DNA from: an uncultured Candidatus Rokubacteria bacterium
GTDB taxonomy: Bacteria; Methylomirabilota; Methylomirabilia; Rokubacteriales; CSP1-6
DNA length: 64,000 nt
Assembly: GCA_963747235.1 (NCBI GenBank)
Contig: CAVVEU010000015.1
Coordinates: forward strand, 1 to 64,000
Direction of reading: 5' to 3'
Both the position numbers and the translations under genes were made by a program. Within the stretch, counting starts at the first letter, position 1; every line of letters begins with the position of its first letter. Positions 1 to 10,936 of this stretch are shown one piece after another. The notes beneath the pieces are model-generated. The model did not search any database. It was not told the origin of the DNA and saw nothing but the letters and a program-made list of their open reading frames with translations.

Positions 1-385
1 GCGGAACATCACGCGGTCCGCGGGCATCGCGCGGCCGCTCCAGTACTTCTCGAGGTGCGGGTGGTACTTGTCGACGATGCGGGTCACGAGCGCGCGGCGC
101 GTCGGGGGAGTCGGCGAGGAACTCGGCGCGCCCGCGGATCGCGACGCCCTTGATCTCGGCGCCGCGCGAGCCGCTCTCGGCGACGATGTGGAGCCGCGGG
201 TCGCGCCGGAGGTTCTTGACCTTCTGCAGGTTGTCCACGCTGATCAGCGTGAGCGCCGCCGGCTCGTGGAGGAACCACATGGCGGTGACCAGCGGCGAGC
301 CGTCCGGGTTGATGGTGCCGAGGACGACGATGTCCTTGGTGGCCAGGTACTGCTGGATGCGCGGGTCGTTGAAGGTCAATTCCAC
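1..385 (-). CDS. PPOX-class (pyridoxamine 5'-phosphate oxidase-like), probably F420/FMN-binding oxidoreductase; runs off the window edge, one indel near 100
   Basis: Manual translation from GTG at 385: MELTFNDPRIQQYLATKDIVVLGTINPDGSPLVTAMWF...KVKNLRRDPR, the typical PPOX pattern (LxTxxxDGxP...KxxNLxxDP). Not in the ORF track. Confidence 0.75.
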   Translation of the reverse strand, partial: MELTFNDPRIQQYLATKDIVVLGTINPDGSPLVTAMWFLHEPAALTLISVDNLQKVKNLRRDPRLHIVAESGSRGAEIKGVAIRGRAEFLADSPDAPRARDPHRRQVPPAPREVLERPRDARGPRDVP

Positions 386-391
386 CTCGGG

Positions 392-432
392 CCCCCTCAC
401 CCTGCCCTCTCCCCCGAGGCGGGGGAGAGGGA
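392..432. repeat. REP-like palindrome, family 1 (CCCTCACCC..CCCTCTCCCC-loop-GGGGAGAGGG)
   Basis: Hairpin ccctctcccccg/agg/cgggggagaggg; related copies at 20150 and 44957. Confidence 0.8.
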
Positions 433-452
433 CATGAGGAGGAGAGCCTGCT

Positions 453-2073
453 CTACGGGGCGATCCATACCTTCATGAAGGTGTTGTTGTCGTAGACGGT
501 GAGGCCGGGCTTGTAGTTGCGAAGCTTCTTGTCCTTGAAGAACCAGCCCTCCACCCAGCCCACCGCGATGGAGGCGTGGTCGCCCTTGGCCAGCAGATAC
601 CGCTGCAGCTCCCAGTAGAGCTGCTTGCGCTTGTCGCGGTTGGACTCCCGCAGCGCGCGGTCGGCAAGGTCGTCCACCTTGGGGTCGGAGTACTGGCCGT
701 AGTTGCTGCCGGCCTGGCGTGGTGTAGGCGATGTGGAAGACGGCGGAGGGGTCGTTGATGTCCATGGCCCGGTCCTGGGTGGCGATGATGGTGAAGTCGC
801 CCTTGCCGAAGGCCGCGTAGCCCGCCGCGCTCTCGTGGGTCTTGAGCGTGCCGCGGATGCCGATCCTGCGAAGCTGGGACAGGACGAGCTGCGCCCGGTC
901 CACGTAGTTGCCGACCTGCCGCACCGCCACCTCGACGTCGAGGCCGTTCGGGTGATGCTTCTCCACGAGCTTCTTCGCCTCGGCGATATCCTGCTCCTTG
1001 GGCTGCGGCAGCCGGGCGCCTTGGCCACCTCGTCCAGCGGCAGCGCGAAGTCGCCGACCAGCTTCGGGTCCAGGATCGCGCAGGGCACGCCCGCGCCCTC
1101 GAGCGCCTTGGACACCAGCTCCTGGCGGTCGATGGCCAGGTTGACCGCGCGCCGCAGGTCCGGGTTGTCGAAGGGCGGCTTCTTCGAGTTCAGGTAGACG
1201 AGGAACAGCGGTGTTGATCGACGCCTGGTAGATGTCCACGTCGGTGCGGGCGCGCGCCAGCTCATCGGCCTGGGTCTTCCGCATCGGCGGCCACGTGTCC
1301 CACAGCATGATCTTCGAGGCCTTGGCCGCCGCGAGCTGGGTCGGCCCGCCCACCAGGATGAACTGCTTCACCCCGTCGAGATACGGCAGCCCGGGGATGA
1401 AGTAGTTCGGGTTCTTCTCCCACTCGATCACGCTGCCGCGCTCGTACTTCTTGAACTTGAACGGCCCGGTGCCCACCTGGGCCTCGGCCGCGTTCAGGTC
1501 GCCGTACTTGGCCAGGATGTGCTTGGCCGCGACCCGGCACCACGCCGACGCGATCGACGGGATGAACGGCGCCGCCGCGAACTTGAGCTTGAACTCGACG
1601 GTGTTGGCGTCCACCGCCTCCACGCTGGCCACCATCGGCTTGAGCGAGGCGCCGCACTTGGGGCTCTTGAAGTCGGGGTTCAGTACGCGGTCGAAGGAGG
1701 TCTTCACGTCGGCCGAGCTGAACGGCTGCCCGTCGTGCCACTTGACGCCTTTCCGGAGATGGAAGGTGTACGTCTTGCCATCCGGCGAGACGGTCCAGCG
1801 CTCGGCGAGGTCGCCCACCACCTTGCTCGGCTCGTCCGGATCGTACTGGAGCAGCCCGCTGTAGATGCCCGCGGTGGCCTGCTGGACGACCAGGGGCGAC
1901 TCGGCGTGCACGTCGAGGCGGCCGGGGTCGCCGTAGTCGAACCAGGTGAGGATGCCGCCCGTGCGGGGCTTCTCCTGGGCGGCCGCCGGCGGCGCCATCA
2001 GGGATCCGAGCGGGACGAGCAGCGCGACGGCGAGGGCCACCACGCGAGTGAGGCTCGAGAGGGTCGTCGTCAT
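453..2073 (-). CDS. ABC transporter substrate-binding protein, family 5 (DppA/OppA-like); indels near 715, 1000 and 1210
   Basis: Signal peptide; motifs DLAERWTVSPDGKTYTFHLRKGVKWHDG, GTGPF and PPFDNPDLRRAVNLAIDR spread over the 397..2658 and 453..1265 ORFs. Confidence 0.9.
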
Positions 2074-2099
2074 TGCTATCGCTCCTTTGCGATCCGCGG

Positions 2100-2939
2100 C
2101 TAGCCGAGGCCGCCGCGGAGGCGCGGATCCGTCAGGTCGCGGATCGAATCGCCGAGTAGATTGAGGCCGAAGACGGCCAGGCTGATGGCCAGTCCCGGGA
2201 AGAATACCATCCAGGGCGCGGTTTCCAGCGCCTGGATCCCCGCCGTGAGCATGCCGCCCCACGACGGCTCGTCGGGGGGCGCGCCCGCGCCGATGAAGCT
2301 GAGCGAGGCCTCCACCACGATGGCGTAGGAGATGTTGGTGGTCACGAGCACGATGTAGCTCGCCATGCAGTTCGGAATCAGGTGCCGGAAGATGATGCGG
2401 GTCTGCGAGGCGCCCGCGGCCTGCGCCGCCTCGATGAAGGGCGTCGCGGCCACCCCGAGCGCGACGGATCGGATCGTGCGGGCCGCGGTGGGCGTGAGCA
2501 GGATCACCAGGGCCAGGATCACGTTGTCCACCGACTGGCCGAGCGCGGCCATGAGCGAGAGCGCCAGGATGATGGGCGGCAGCGCCATCAGGCAGTCCAC
2601 GACCCGCTGGCTCCCCGCGTCGGCGGCGCCGCCCAGATACCCGGTCACCGCCCCCCATACCGCGCCCAGGGTGATGCCGAACAGCACCGAGACCACCCCC
2701 ACGTAGAGCGAGAGCCGCGCGCCCCAGATCACGCGGCTCAGCAGATCGCGCCCGAGCTGGTCCGTGCCCATCGGGAACTCGCGGCCGGGCGCCACGTACG
2801 GGGCGAAGGCCGCGTCCTTGGGTCCGTGCGGGGCCAGCATGGGCGCGAACAGGGCCACCGCGATGAGGACCAGGACCACCAGCGCCCCCGCCGCGCCGAG
2901 CGGCTGCCCCACCACGAAGCGGCCGAGCGCGGCCCTCAT
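2100..2939 (-). CDS. ABC peptide transporter permease (DppC-like)
   Basis: GTDQLGRDLLSRVIWGARLSL, FIEAAQAAGA and PSWGGML motifs; start overlaps the upstream stop. Confidence 0.9.
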   Translation of the reverse strand: MRAALGRFVVGQPLGAAGALVVLVLIAVALFAPMLAPHGPKDAAFAPYVAPGREFPMGTDQLGRDLLSRVIWGARLSLYVGVVSVLFGITLGAVWGAVTGYLGGAADAGSQRVVDCLMALPPIILALSLMAALGQSVDNVILALVILLTPTAARTIRSVALGVAATPFIEAAQAAGASQTRIIFRHLIPNCMASYIVLVTTNISYAIVVEASLSFIGAGAPPDEPSWGGMLTAGIQALETAPWMVFFPGLAISLAVFGLNLLGDSIRDLTDPRLRGGLG

Positions 2940-3899
2940 GCGTACCGGATGCGCGGGTCGAGCCACGCGTAGAGGAGATCCACCGCCAGGTTCACGATGA
3001 GGAACACGAGCGCCATCATGAAGATCATGGCCTGGACGGTCGGGTAGTCGCGCTGGCTGACCGCCTGGATGAGCGCGCTGCCCATGCCCGGCACCACGAA
3101 GATGATCTCCATGATCACGAGGCCACCGAGCAGGCGCCCGCCCCACCAGCCGATGAAGGTCACCACCGGCAGGAGCGAGTTGCGCAGCGCGTGGCGGTAG
3201 ACCACCGACGCGCTCGGCCAGGCCCTTGGCGCGCGCGGTGCGCACGTAGTCCTGGCGGATCACCTCGAGCATCTGCGAGCGGGTGAGCCGCGTGATGGGC
3301 GCGCTGATGTAGTAGGCCTGGGCCAGCGCGGGCCAGATGAGCTGCTTGAGGTTCTCCACCGGGTTCTCGGTGAACGACACGAACTCGAGCGGCGGCAGCC
3401 AGCGGAAGAAGCGCACGAGGCCGTACAGGATGAGCGCGCCGGTGAAGAAGAGCGGCAGGCTGAGCCCGCTCAGGCTGACCAGGCGCGCCAGGTAGTCGAG
3501 CGGACCGTTCTGCCGCACCGCCGAGACCACGCCGAGCGGGATCGCCCACACCATCGCGATCAGCATGGTGAGCGCGGCCAGCTCCATCGAGCGCGGGAAG
3601 CGCTCCTTGAGGATCTCGATCACCGGCCGGCGCTGCACGTAGGACTGCCCGAAATCGCCGCGCACCGCGCCGCCGATCCAGTCGAGGTACTGGGCGACGA
3701 CCGGCCGGTCGAGCCCCAGCTCGCGGCGGATCTGCTGGATCTGCCGCTTCTGCACCGTGCTCGACTCCGAGCCCGTCTGGTAGACCAGGATCTCCGCGAT
3801 GTCCCCCGGCACCAGGCGCATCAGCACGAAGATGAGGATCGACGCGCCGAGGAGGGTGGGGATGAACAGCAGGAGCCGGTGCAGGATGTAGGTGGACAC
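2936..3899 (-). CDS. ABC peptide transporter permease (DppB-like); indel near 3208
   Basis: PGD, LGLDRP, DYVRTARAKGL and DLLYAWLDPRIRY motifs. Confidence 0.9.
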
Positions 3900-3900
3900 G

Positions 3901-4323
3901 TCACAAACGGTGGCGCCGGATGGTCTTGACCGTCGCCTCGGGGCTGAAACCGAGCTGGAGCAGCGCCGTCCCCAGGTCGAAGGACTCGCGGTAGGCCGCG
4001 ATCCGCCCGCCGCGCTTCTCGAACACGCTCATGCCACGGAAGCTCACGCGGCGCCCCGCGCTGCGCGGGATCGCCTCGCTCACCACGTAGGCGAAGGTCC
4101 ACTCGGCGGCCGCGCACTCCTCCGTCTCCACCACCGTCTCCATGGTCCAGGTGTAATCCCGGCCCTCGCGGAACATCCGCTCGAACATGGCACGGAGCTG
4201 GTCGGCCCCGGCGTGCCCGCCGAAGAAGGTGTCGTGATAGCTGCCGTCCGGCGTGAAGCAGGCCACCAGGACCGCGACGTCCTGCCGGTTGAAGGCGCGC
4301 TCGAACTCCCGCACGATGCTCAT
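3901..4323 (-). CDS. SnoaL-like / NTF2-family protein
   Basis: C-terminal part of the 3901..5820 ORF: MSIVREFERAFNRQD...FTPDGSYHD...AAEWTF...GRIAAYRESFD. Confidence 0.8.
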   Translation of the reverse strand: MSIVREFERAFNRQDVAVLVACFTPDGSYHDTFFGGHAGADQLRAMFERMFREGRDYTWTMETVVETEECAAAEWTFAYVVSEAIPRSAGRRVSFRGMSVFEKRGGRIAAYRESFDLGTALLQLGFSPEATVKTIRRHRL

Positions 4324-4382
4324 GTCCCGGATCTCCCCCCGAATCTCCCCATTGAGATGGACCGGCCGCCGACGGCCGGGGT

Positions 4383-5631
4383 CTAGCGGATCACGAACCG
4401 CAGGTGCCGGTGGGATTCCCGCAGGGCCGCCTCCGCCTCGGCGGGAGCCGTCGCGCGCGAGAAGATGAAACCGAGATAGCGCGAGCCCTCCGGCAGGGGC
4501 ACGATCGCCTGGCCCTTGGGGATCGAGATCGTCACGTCCTCGATGTGCGGCACCGCGCGGGCCTCGTCGAGCCCCGCCACCTCTTCCAGCACGCCGCCGC
4601 GCGGGATCGGGATCATCATGACCGCGGCGGCCGCGCGCTCGCGCTCGAACGAGGGCACCGCCCGGCCGAGGGCGCGGCGCAGGATCAGCTCCTCGAGCGA
4701 CATGCCGGTGCCGAAGCGCAGCGTGCGGCCGCAGAGCCCCCCGATCGAGCGCGCCGCGATCTCCAGCACCACCGGCTCGAGCCCGCCCGCGGTCGGGCGC
4801 AGCCGCAGCTCGCAGTGCACCGCGCCGTCCGAGAGGCCGAGCGCCCGGGCGGCGGCGGCCGTCGTCTCCGCCACCCGGGCCTGGGTGGCCTCGGGCAGGC
4901 GCGACGGCGTCACGTAGATGGTCTCCTCGAAGAAGGGGCCGTCGAGCGGATCGGGCTTGTCGAAGAGGGCCAGGGTGCGGAGGACGCCGTTCTCCAGCAG
5001 CCCTTCGAGCGCCACCTCGCCGCCCGGCACGAAGCCCTCCACCAGGATGGTGTCGGTCCCCTCGCCCAGCTCCGCCACGTCCGCCGCGCGCAGGATCTCG
5101 CGGATCCGCTCGAAGGCGGCGGCGAACTGGGTGACGTCGTCCGCCCGGATCACGCCGCGGCTGGCCGAGAGCACCAGCGGCTTGAGCACGCACGGGTAGG
5201 TCATGCGGCCGGCCGCCGCGTGCGGGTTCTCGTCCACCGTGACGGTGGTGAATGGTGGCGAGGGCACCCCCGCGCGCGCGAGCCGCCCGCGCATCACGAG
5301 CTTGTTGCGCGTGGCCTGGGCCGCGGCGAGCGGGTTCACGCGCAGGCCGAGCGCCTCGCCGATCGCGGAGGCCACCACGGTGGTGGCGTCGTCCACCGGC
5401 ACCACCGCGTCGAGCGGCCGGCGGGCCGCGTAGCTCGCGCATCTCGCGCGCCGCCGCGGCCGGATCGCCGAACGGCAGGGTGAGCAGGTGGTCCGGGAAC
5501 TCGCCCGCCATCACGTTCGGGCGGTCGGAGGCGATCACGAGATCCACGTCGAGCGTCTGCGCCGCCTCGACGAAATCCTCGGTGCGGTAGGTGGTGGTGG
5601 GGATCAGCAGCAGCAGTCGCTGGAGCGCCAT
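4383..5631 (-). CDS. ATP-grasp domain ligase; indel near 5435
   Basis: TRNKLVMR, YPCVLKP..LSASRGV, LVEGFVPGGE, HCELR and LEIAARSIGG ATP-grasp motifs; N-terminus MALQRLLLLIPTTTYR in another frame. Confidence 0.85.
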
Positions 5632-5737
5632 GGTTGCGGCGTCGCCGAGTTTATCACGGGGCACGCGGCCCGCACTTGCGGTATACATGAGGGCCCGGTC
5701 CCCCACCGGGACCCCGAACATACGAGGAGGCCTGATC

Positions 5738-6679
5738 ATGCGCGTCGGCATCATGATCGAAGGGCAGGAAGGGCTCACCTGGGAGCGCTGGCGGCGGCTC
5801 GTGCAGGCTGCCGAGGACATGGGCTACGAGTCCCTCTGCCGGTCGGATCACCTCACCGGGCTCTGGGGCGAGGCCAAGCGCCCGTCGCTCGAGACGTGGA
5901 CCTCGCTCACCATGCTGGCGATGCGCACCCGGCGCATCCGCTTCGGGCCGATGGTCTCCCCGATCACCTTCTATCACCCGGCCCTGCTCGCCAAGATGGC
6001 GGTGGCGCTGGACACGCTCTCCAACGGCCGCATGGACCTGGGGATCGGCGGCGGCTGGAACGAGCACGAGCACGCCATGTTCGGCTTCGCGCTGCCCCCC
6101 ATGAAGGAGCGCCTCGATCGCCTGGAGGCGGCCGCCCGCTACATCCGCGCCCTGGGCGTCGGCGAGCCGGTGACGCTGGAGCAGCCCTACTACCCGCTCC
6201 ACAAGGCGGAGAACTATCCCCTGCCCACCCACGGCCGGCTGCGACTCGTGATCGGCGGGCGCGGCGAGAAGCGCACGCTGCGCATCGCGGCCGAGTTCGC
6301 GGACGAGTGGAACTGCACCCGCGTGGATCTGGATACCTTCCGCCACAAGAGAGAAGTCCTGGCCAAGCACTGCGCGGCGGTGCGCCGCGATCCGGAGACG
6401 ATCGAGCGCTCCCTGATGATCCCGCTCGCCATCGGGCGCGATCGTACCGACGTGGCCCAGCGCATCGCGGCGGCCCGCGCGACCTTCCCGCAGATGCCCG
6501 CGGACGAGGACGGCTGGCGCAAGGCGAGCTTCCTGGTGGGCTCCCCCGCCGACGTGGTGGCGAGCCTCAAGGAGTGGGAGGCGGCGGGCGTGCAGCGCGT
6601 GATGCTCCAGATGCTCGACATGGAGGACCTCGCCGCGATCGAGCTCTTCGCGCGGCACGTGCTGCCGCAGGTGAAGTAG
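5738..6679 (+). CDS. LLM-class (luciferase-like) probable F420-dependent oxidoreductase
   Basis: [46 protein letters not shown]; RBS GAGGAGG. Confidence 0.88.
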   Translation: MRVGIMIEGQEGLTWERWRRLVQAAEDMGYESLCRSDHLTGLWGEAKRPSLETWTSLTMLAMRTRRIRFGPMVSPITFYHPALLAKMAVALDTLSNGRMDLGIGGGWNEHEHAMFGFALPPMKERLDRLEAAARYIRALGVGEPVTLEQPYYPLHKAENYPLPTHGRLRLVIGGRGEKRTLRIAAEFADEWNCTRVDLDTFRHKREVLAKHCAAVRRDPETIERSLMIPLAIGRDRTDVAQRIAAARATFPQMPADEDGWRKASFLVGSPADVVASLKEWEAAGVQRVMLQMLDMEDLAAIELFARHVLPQVK

Positions 6680-6710
6680 GGCCCGGCCGGACGATCTGCC
6701 GGACGATCTG

Positions 6711-7447
<737 letters not shown>

Positions 7448-7450
<3 letters not shown>

Positions 7451-8515
7451 GGCGCTCGCGCGCGCCTCTTCCGCGAAGCGCAGCAGGGCGAGGGTCAGGG
7501 CCACCACCACCGGCCCCACCACCAGCCCGATGGGGCCGAAGGCGCTGAGCCCGCCGATCAGGCCCAGGAACACCGGCAGCGTGGAGATCTGGGCGCGGCC
7601 CGAGATGAAGAACGGGCGCACCACGTTGTCGGCGCTCGACACCACCGCCACGCTCCAGACGGCCAGGACGACGGCGGCCACCCAGCGCCCCTGCAGGAAC
7701 AGCACCCCCACCGCGGGCACCCAGATCAGCGCGGTGCCGACGAACGGGATCAGCGAGGCGACCGCTGCCACCGCCCCGAACACCACCGGCGACGGCAGCC
7801 CGACCAGCGCGAAGCCGATGCCCACCAGCACGCCCTGCACGACCGCGGTGAGCAGGGAGCCGAACACCACCGCGCGGGTGACCGCCGCGACGTGATCCAC
7901 GAGCTGCCCGCGCCGCTCCGGCGTGATCGGGATCAGCCGCACCGCGGTCGCCATCATCTGGTCGCCGTCGCGCAGGAGGAAGAAGAGCACGAAGAGCGCG
8001 ATGGAGAGGCCCACCAGGGCGTTCAGGGTGCCCAGCACGAACGAGCCGCTCACCGCCACGAGCCCCTGCAACAGTGACTGGGCGCCGCTCATCACCCAGT
8101 CGTGGATCTGCTGGGCGTCCACCGGCGCGACCGCCTCGGCCCACCGGATCGCGCGGCTCACGATCGGAATGTCCATGACGTCACCGGGGCCCGAGATGCC
8201 GGACTCGGCCACCAGCTTCTGCACCCGCGCGAAGAGATCCTTCGCCTGGCTCGCGAAGGCCACCGCCAGGAGCGGCAGCGGCGCCACCAGGACGATCGTG
8301 GTGGCCACCGTGAGGAGGAGCGCGGTCAAGGCGTAGCGGCCGCCCAGGCGACGCCCCAGCGCCTGCCGCGCGGGAAAGAGCAGGAGGGCGAGCAGCATGG
8401 ACCAGAGGATGGCCACCAGGAACGGGCGCAGGATCAGGAACAGCGCGCCGGCCAGGAGCGCCGCCGTCACCAGCGCGAACACGCGCGGATAGAAGCGGTC
8501 GTCCCTCCCGGTCAT
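7448..8515 (-). CDS. AI-2E family (PerM/YdiK-like) transporter
   Basis: LFFLLRDG, QGVLVGIGF, SLIPFVG, DNVVRP and FGPIGLVVGP motifs. Confidence 0.88.
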
Positions 8516-9243
8516 CGCCGCGATCGGAGCTGCCGCAGCGAGAGCGCGTGGAGCAGCCAGGCCAGCGGCACCAGGAAGGCAGGCAGCCAGATGTACGGCC
8601 AGTCGGCGATGAAGGTCGCGGGCGGATCGGTCTCGAACATCCGCCACGGCGTGGGCGCGGAGAGCTGCGCGTGCACCACCACGTTCAGCAGGATGACGAT
8701 GCCGGCCCAGTTCCACCACACCGCGACCCGCGCGGGCCACGCGCGCCGGACGAAGCAGACGTAGGCCACCACCGGCGCGGTGAGGCCGACCAGGATGTCC
8801 ACGTTGCGCCCGTGGAAGCTCAGCAGCTCCGGGATGGCCCCCGCCACCGCGAGCTGCCACAGCACGATCTCGACCGGGATGCGGAAGGTCTGCGCGGCCA
8901 CCAGCCAGACCGGCGGCACCGCGGCCAGGAGCGGCGCGACCCGGCGGGACACCGTCAGCGCCAGAATGGTCAGCAGCGGCGGGCCGACCCCGAGCAGCAT
9001 GCGCGGCGGCAGGGACTGAAAGTCCTCGAAGAAGCCGCGCTCCGCGAGCACCGCGGTCAGCGCGAGCCAGCCGACCAGGGCCACGCCCGCGATGCGCACG
9101 CCCTGCATCGCGCCCGCCCCCACCCGTCGCGCCACGCGCGCCGCGCCCCAGAGCACGAGCCCGAGCATGCCGATGACGATGGCGATGAAGGCCAGGTCGA
9201 CCGCGACCGGGGCATTGGTGAGCACCACGCATGGATAGCACAT
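8512..9243 (-). CDS. Multi-pass membrane protein of unknown function
   Basis: 243 aa hydrophobic ORF with about 7 TM segments (QTFRIPVE, GRNVDI, PYIWLPAFLVP). Confidence 0.7.
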   Translation of the reverse strand: MCYPCVVLTNAPVAVDLAFIAIVIGMLGLVLWGAARVARRVGAGAMQGVRIAGVALVGWLALTAVLAERGFFEDFQSLPPRMLLGVGPPLLTILALTVSRRVAPLLAAVPPVWLVAAQTFRIPVEIVLWQLAVAGAIPELLSFHGRNVDILVGLTAPVVAYVCFVRRAWPARVAVWWNWAGIVILLNVVVHAQLSAPTPWRMFETDPPATFIADWPYIWLPAFLVPLAWLLHALSLRQLRSRR

Positions 9244-9347
9244 CCGTCATCGAACGCGCGAGCAACACGACGTCACCCCGGTGACACGCCGGGGGGCCGG
9301 ATGGACCTATCCCCCCACCGGATCAGCCTATTCCGGCCTGGCCCGGC

Positions 9348-9363
9348 TGGCACCGCGCTTGCT
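9348..9363 (+). promoter_or_regulatory. sigma54 (-24/-12) promoter
   Basis: TGGCAC-cgcgc-TTGCT, an exact consensus match. Palindrome GTCACcccgGTGAC at 9272-9285 may be an enhancer site. Confidence 0.8.
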
Positions 9364-9382
9364 CCTCTTCGGGCACGCGGAG

Positions 9383-9473
9383 CCTCTTCCCGACAAACGG
9401 CAAACCCGTCGCGAGACGGGGACGCAAAGCCACGGATCAGGCCAACCTGACAGCCGGGCTACCGAAGGAAGGG
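9383..9473 (+). ncRNA. c-di-GMP-I (GEMM) riboswitch
   Basis: cttccCGACAAACGGCAAACccgtc-GCGA-gacggGGACGCAAAGCcacgg...agccggGCTACCGaaggaag: GGCAAAC, GNRA-capped P2, GACGCAAAGC, P3, and P1 cttcc/ggaag all fit the GEMM-I consensus. Confidence 0.9.
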
Positions 9474-9529
9474 CGCTCAACGTAGCGCTCGTCGGGATCC
9501 GAGTGTGCTCCGCGAACAGGAGGATCCTG

Positions 9530-10234
9530 ATGAGACACGGTCTGATTCGCTTCATCGTGCGCCGCCTCGCGGTGCTCGCCATCATTCTCTTCATCCCGGT
9601 TCCCGCGGCCGCCGACGACGCGATCATGAGCGTCGATCAGTACAAGACGGCCAAGGCCCGCACCCTCGCGACCACGCACCAGGCGCTGCTCAAGCAGGTG
9701 CGCGAGGAGATCTACCACTGCATGCCGTGGGTCGGCGTGCAGAAGGCGGGGATCGGCTTCCGCCAGCCCAAGGGCGCGGTGGAGGACGATCGCTACCTCT
9801 CGGTGTGGATCGTCATCGATCAGGACGAGGATGCGCGGTTCTCGGCGCTGCCCGCCGAGCGGCGCGCCTCCGCCATGTTCTCGCGTTACGGCACGGATCT
9901 CCTGCGGCGCATGGCCCAGCTCCAGCCGCTGGTGGCCGATCCGGACGTGAAGGGCTTCTCGGTCGTGCTCTCGTGGCTGAAGCCGGGGACCGGCGGCGGG
10001 TCGGTGCAGCCCGTCAACGAGACGCTCGCCCTCTGGAGTGACAAGCAGACCACGCTCGGCTTCCTCGCCAAGCGCGTCCCCGCGGGCGAGTTCACCCGCC
10101 GAGCCAAGTTCAACGTCTTCGACGGGGTAGAGGACAAGGGGCGCCTCGCCCTCGAGGTCTGGGAGGATTCGTTCGTCCGGACCTTCAAGGTCGCCAACAT
10201 CGAAACCCCGAAGGGGCAGAGGTGCTCTGGCTAA
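9530..10234 (+). CDS. Hypothetical exported protein (riboswitch-controlled)
   Basis: RBS AGGAGG then ATG at 9530; signal peptide ending PVPAAA; no family recognised. Confidence 0.75.
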   Translation: MRHGLIRFIVRRLAVLAIILFIPVPAAADDAIMSVDQYKTAKARTLATTHQALLKQVREEIYHCMPWVGVQKAGIGFRQPKGAVEDDRYLSVWIVIDQDEDARFSALPAERRASAMFSRYGTDLLRRMAQLQPLVADPDVKGFSVVLSWLKPGTGGGSVQPVNETLALWSDKQTTLGFLAKRVPAGEFTRRAKFNVFDGVEDKGRLALEVWEDSFVRTFKVANIETPKGQRCSG

Positions 10235-10237
10235 CCG

Positions 10238-10933
10238 TCAGGACACCGGCAATCGGTCGCCGGCCCGGTACCACACCGGGTCGGCGGCCGGCCGGAACAG
10301 CTTGACCCGCGCCGTGCCGTGCACCGTCACGGCACCGTCGTCCACGATGACCCACGCCCCTTCCTCCAGCCCCAGCACCGGGTTCGTGTTGACCACGTGA
10401 TACTCCCGGATGCGGTCGTCCCGCGTCTCGCTGAAGGCGGCCATGGCCGGGTCCGCTTCCTTGTAATGGGGATTGATGTTGAAGCCCACCAGCCCCAGCG
10501 CGTCGAAGCGGTCGAGCCCCACCACGTTCCAGTCGTTCGTGGTCAGGATGGTGGGCCCCGCCACGTTGGAGCCGGCGCTGGCGCCCGCATAGGGCATGCC
10601 CGCGGCCACGCGCGCGCGGATCGCCTCCAGCAGCCCGGCGCCGCGCAGGCGCTGGAGCAGCGCGTAGGTGTTGCCCCCGCCCATGAAGAGCGCCTCCGCG
10701 GCGGCCAATGTGGCGAGCGGATCGCGATCCCAGCGCAGGTGCAGCAGCTCGAGGCCGGCCCCGTCGGGCGGCGCGGGCTCGAGCGCGGCGCGGATGCGCT
10801 CGAACGAGGCCGTCTCGTCATGCAGGTTGGCGGCGGTGACGAAGGCCACGCGGCGCCGCGGGCCGAAGAAGTCGGGCAGCGCGGCGCGGCCCACCGGGCC
10901 GAGCGGCCCGCCCGAGTGCAGGAAGACGCGCAT
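10238..10933 (-). CDS. pepE: Dipeptidase E (peptidase S51)
   Basis: GGGNTY, GASAGSN, TTND, FNINPHY and ETRDDRIREY motifs. Confidence 0.88.
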   Translation of the reverse strand: MRVFLHSGGPLGPVGRAALPDFFGPRRRVAFVTAANLHDETASFERIRAALEPAPPDGAGLELLHLRWDRDPLATLAAAEALFMGGGNTYALLQRLRGAGLLEAIRARVAAGMPYAGASAGSNVAGPTILTTNDWNVVGLDRFDALGLVGFNINPHYKEADPAMAAFSETRDDRIREYHVVNTNPVLGLEEGAWVIVDDGAVTVHGTARVKLFRPAADPVWYRAGDRLPVS

Positions 10934-10936
10934 CGG

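Noticed and set aside
2100-3899. Apparent fused DppB-DppC permease (599 aa)
   Set aside because: An indel near 3208 shifts DppB into the DppC frame; the true DppB C-terminus is the 2936..3205 ORF.
3901-5820. Apparent ATP-grasp-SnoaL fusion; similar chimeric ORFs at 7448..9268, 12557..15274, 17887..18960 and 24235..26016
   Set aside because: The linking segments are off-frame Arg/Gly/Pro-rich read-through, and each component has its own start.
6680-6710. yybP-ykoY Mn riboswitch upstream of terC
   Set aside because: The intergenic gap is only about 30 nt.
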